Both the position numbers and the translations under genes were made by a program. Positions 60,279 to 64,000 of a stretch of DNA of 64,000 nt are shown here, one piece after another (positions within the stretch are counted from its first letter, which is position 1; each line of letters opens with the position of its first letter). Below the pieces are notes generated by a model. It was not told where the DNA came from, made no database searches, and was given only the letters and a program-made list of their open reading frames with translations. The DNA is taken from positions 30,876,001 to 30,940,000 of the forward strand of contig OZ024749.1 in assembly GCA_964016885.1 (NCBI GenBank), in the 5' to 3' direction. The DNA is from Eledone cirrhosa. Lineage: Eukaryota.

Positions 60279-60477
60279 AATATGGTTTTATAAATATAGT
60301 TTCCATTTATTTAATATCGTATATATATATATATATATAAAATTGAAGGTGCAACACTATTCTGATCCGATTTTAGTTGTTTCTTGAAAACATAAATGTG
60401 TCAATGATATTAAAACTGCAGAGGTAAGAGGACTGAAACTATGTATGAAGCTTTAACCTTTAAGACATTATATCTTA

Positions 60478-61110
60478 TCGGTGTTTCCCTGAGTCTCGGC
60501 CTCCGGATCTGCCAGCCACACCAATGTCGCTGCGGTTCCACCGTGGACGCTTTCGGCCTCCACCCGCTTTCCTGTCGCCACAGTGCCGGCCGCATTCCAC
60601 ACCATGCTTCCCTCATCGAGGTCATTAAGCAAGGCTTGGACACTGCAGGCTTCCCTTCCCAGCTCGAGCCGGTAGGGCTGGATCGAGGGGACGGCAAAAG
60701 GCCAGATGGCATGACCATGTTCTCGTTCCGCGGTTGCAAACCCCTCGTCTGGGATGCCACTTGCACCGACACTTTCTGCAGCCGCAACCTGGTGCAGTCT
60801 GCGACTGACCCAGGTTCTGCTGCACGTCGGGCTGAGGGGGTCAAACTCCTCAGATACCGGTCGCTCTCCGACAGGTTTGCGGTCGTACACTTGGCAGTGG
60901 AGACTTCTGGTGTCCTCGGCTCCAGGGCTACCTCCTTACTCACCACCATAGGCGCTGAGCTGGCCATCCGCAGGTGTGAGCCCCGCGAGTTGGAATGGCT
61001 CTTCCAGCGTGTCTCCCTCGCCGTCCACCGGGGCACGGCTTTTCCGTTCTGTCTACCGGGGCTGTGAGTGGGCCGCATTGCGTACCGTTGTAGTTGTAGA
61101 AGAAACAGGA
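60478..61110 (+). mobile_element. CRE-clade non-LTR retrotransposon 3' fragment (Zn knuckle + RLE)
   Basis: CRCG..GLHPLSC..H..LEPVGL..DGKRPDG..LVWDATC..AVETSG..QRVSLAVHRG. Confidence 0.82.
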
Positions 61111-61271
61111 AGACAACATCTAATCTAATTTATGCTTAAATTATAATTACTGATCAATGAACACACACACAACCTCACCCTCTCCCACACACACATATAT
61201 ATATACACACACCTATATATATGTATGTATATGTATATATAAATATATGTGTATATGTATGTGTGTGTATA

Positions 61272-61356
<85 letters not shown>

Positions 61357-61851
61357 CGTTTCTGAATTTGTTTAGCAAGATTCTTTATCTGAAATCGTGT
61401 GTTGAAACTATATTGTTATAAGTTTGTAAATTTGTAAATTCATAAATTTATAAATATATAATAAATTGAAGTGAAAGCAACTGGTGCGTGTGTTTCTTAT
61501 TGGCAACATGACCCTCCCAAAGTATAACAATATATATATATATATATATAAACGGAAAAAATGAAACGAAATTTCATTTCTCACACTTAGTACGGCTGTT
61601 ACTTAAATATAAGTATGTATGCGGACATACATATATGTATATAGACGTACAATAGTATGTATATATATATATACATACATGCACACATATATATGTACGT
61701 ATGGATTCACCGAACATTTATTATAATGCTCGGTGTGTTTGTAAACAAACATCCCGAATTAAGCCGTACATATATATATGTGTGCATGTATGTATAAATA
61801 CATGTATACTACTGTACGTCTGTATACATATATGTATGTACGTACACATAC

Positions 61852-61905
<54 letters not shown>

Positions 61906-61909
<4 letters not shown>

Positions 61910-62058
61910 AAAAAGAGATGAAATCGAAAATGCAACTGAAGTCTTATTTTTAAAAAAAATAAGACTTCAGTTGCATTTTCGATTTCATCTCTTTTTCTTT
62001 ATACTTTCACTCGTGTAGGACACCTCGGTTATCTTTCATTTTGTAAAACAAACCTCAC

Positions 62059-62065
<7 letters not shown>
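61906..62065. mobile_element. Family E mini fold-back with tail
   Basis: ~45-bp perfect arms (61906-62000) followed by a 65-nt tail; TA flanks. Confidence 0.8.
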
Positions 62066-62096
<31 letters not shown>

Positions 62097-62208
62097 TGAG
62101 GTATTTTTCTTACTGGTAATAAAATAACGTGGTAATTAATTACTGACTTTTCCTGTTTATAATTATATATAAGTATAATGAAGTATATATAAGTTTGAAT
62201 AATATATA

Positions 62209-62258
<50 letters not shown>

Positions 62259-63188
62259 GTATAAAAATCAATACAATATAATTACCTCATTACCAGAGGT
62301 TTCCCGAATGAGGCGAATACGAAATAAACGTCTTCATTCGTTCGTTAGACGAGGCAATATAAAACATGGCTAAATACTTGGAAAGGCTCATCAAGAAAAG
62401 CAAAAAAAAATAAATATATATATAGACAAATGAATTACAATATGAAATATATAAAAATCTTTCAAGAAATATAGTTAGGTGTGTGTATGTGTATGTATAT
62501 ACGCTCACAGATGTGCATATATGTGTATGTACAAATGTATACGTATAGTGAAAAAGTGTGCGTAAATATATATTTTAGGGCGAATGTATCTGTGTGTCTG
62601 TAAACTACAGACAAACATGATGTGGTTTTCTGTTTGGCAGGTACACGGCAAAAATAGGGTAATAGATACATCATAAGAATATGAAGGCACGCGCATAAAC
62701 ACACCTACACACACGTACACTTATATGCGGAAGTAAAAGGGGTAAGGGAGTGTAATAATTAAAAGAAAGTATCGTTCTCGATATATTTATAAAAATGAAC
62801 AATAATTTAGAAAGAAAAAATTGAAGAAAAGAAGACACACAAGGTACACGCATACACACACACGTATATCTACAAGAAACGTATATCTATAAGAAATATA
62901 TATATATACACGCAAAAAACGTGCAGACAAAAGCGTATGCAAGTACATCTACATACACAGGATACACGTAAATACGAATATACGCCTCGCCCCATGTATA
63001 TCTAATCACGCGCACGCACGCGACTGTATACACACTCGCATACACACACACACACAAAAAACACAAAAAATATACATGCTTAAATACACACGCACACTTA
63101 CACATCAATACATTCGATACGTACACACACACACTTACACTCACGCATATTGACCTGTTTGCATGCACACGCATAAAAAAGAGGATGT

Positions 63189-63254
<66 letters not shown>

Positions 63255-63533
63255 GTATATATTTATATATATATTTATATATATATATATAAAGATATAT
63301 AACTGAGTACTAAACAGTGAATTTAAAATTTTCTCAACAAAATTTTGCGATTTTTCTAAAACCAAGATATATGTTAATATCAAATAATATTGACACGGCT
63401 GCAGATGCATTCATATATTATCTAAACATATATGTATATATGCATGTATTTATGTATGCATTTATGTGCGTATATACATCCTACTATTTCAAATGTGAAA
63501 CTTATGTATTTATTCATTGCACTCTGCTGTTTG

Positions 63534-63581
63534 ATTTGTTAATACTGTTTACTTTCCACATACAACAACTAAATGTGTATA

Positions 63582-63615
<34 letters not shown>

Positions 63616-63663
63616 TATACACATTTAGTTGTTGTATGTGGAAAGTAAACAGTATTAACAAAT
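63534..63663. repeat. Perfect inverted repeat centred on (TA)n
   Basis: ATTTGTTAATACTGTTTACTTTCCACATACAACAACTAAATGTGTATATGC mirrored across a TA run. Confidence 0.9.
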
Positions 63664-63679
63664 ATATATATATACATAC

Positions 63680-63751
<72 letters not shown>

Positions 63752-63802
63752 TTATATATAAATATATCTGCATGTGTACAAATACTTGTATATACATATA
63801 TA

Positions 63803-63871
<69 letters not shown>

Positions 63872-64000
63872 TGTTATACCTGGGGAGGGTAATATTGTTG
63901 TAATGATATTGCCAGAAATAATAACAGAACACACCTACTGTTTGGTTGGTTTTCGCTTCTGCATCTTTTATATCCCGATAGTATGTATTATGTATATATA

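Larger units (their letters stand above)
57213..60320. mobile_element. 3.1-kb fold-back Penelope-like element, family I (~1.09-kb inverted arms)
   Basis: 57300-58388 mirrors 59235-60320 almost perfectly; HHR in each arm; central GIY-YIG fragment; TA flanks. Confidence 0.92.

Noticed and set aside
57213-60320. TIR DNA transposon or Polinton-like element
   Set aside because: The arms are asymmetric (tail on one side), contain HHRs, and flank a PLE-type GIY-YIG fragment rather than a DDE transposase
60417-60447. CTGCAGA..GAAA..GTA hammerhead candidate
   Set aside because: Core mismatch at A6 and no stem I pairing

Overview
AT-rich, microsatellite-dense eukaryotic DNA, most likely from an octopus (inferred from OK/MetaSINE-type and CORE-type tRNA SINEs plus very dense (TA)n). 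I see no intact host gene, and almost all ORFs in the track are translations of simple repeats. Recognisable coding remnants are Penelope-like (Naiad-type) RT/GIY-YIG fragments, R4/Dong LINEs in (TAA)n, L1/Tx1-like 3' ends, RTE fragments, a CRE-clade endonuclease fragment and one orphan 108-nt eEF2-like exon with intact splice sites. The main hidden structure is a set of about 12 otherwise unrelated, (TA)n-embedded Penelope-like terminal families. They carry more than 20 type I hammerhead ribozyme (HHR) folds, including compensatory U3-A8 cores. Many insertions are asymmetric fold-backs in which only one arm has an ~85-110 nt tail. That tail holds a covarying bulged hairpin (RCUC-stem-loop-stem-UY-GAGY), and the tailless arm usually stops 6-8 nt before it. 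All folds and alignments were done by eye, so coordinates may be off by a few nt and ribozyme activity is predicted, not shown.
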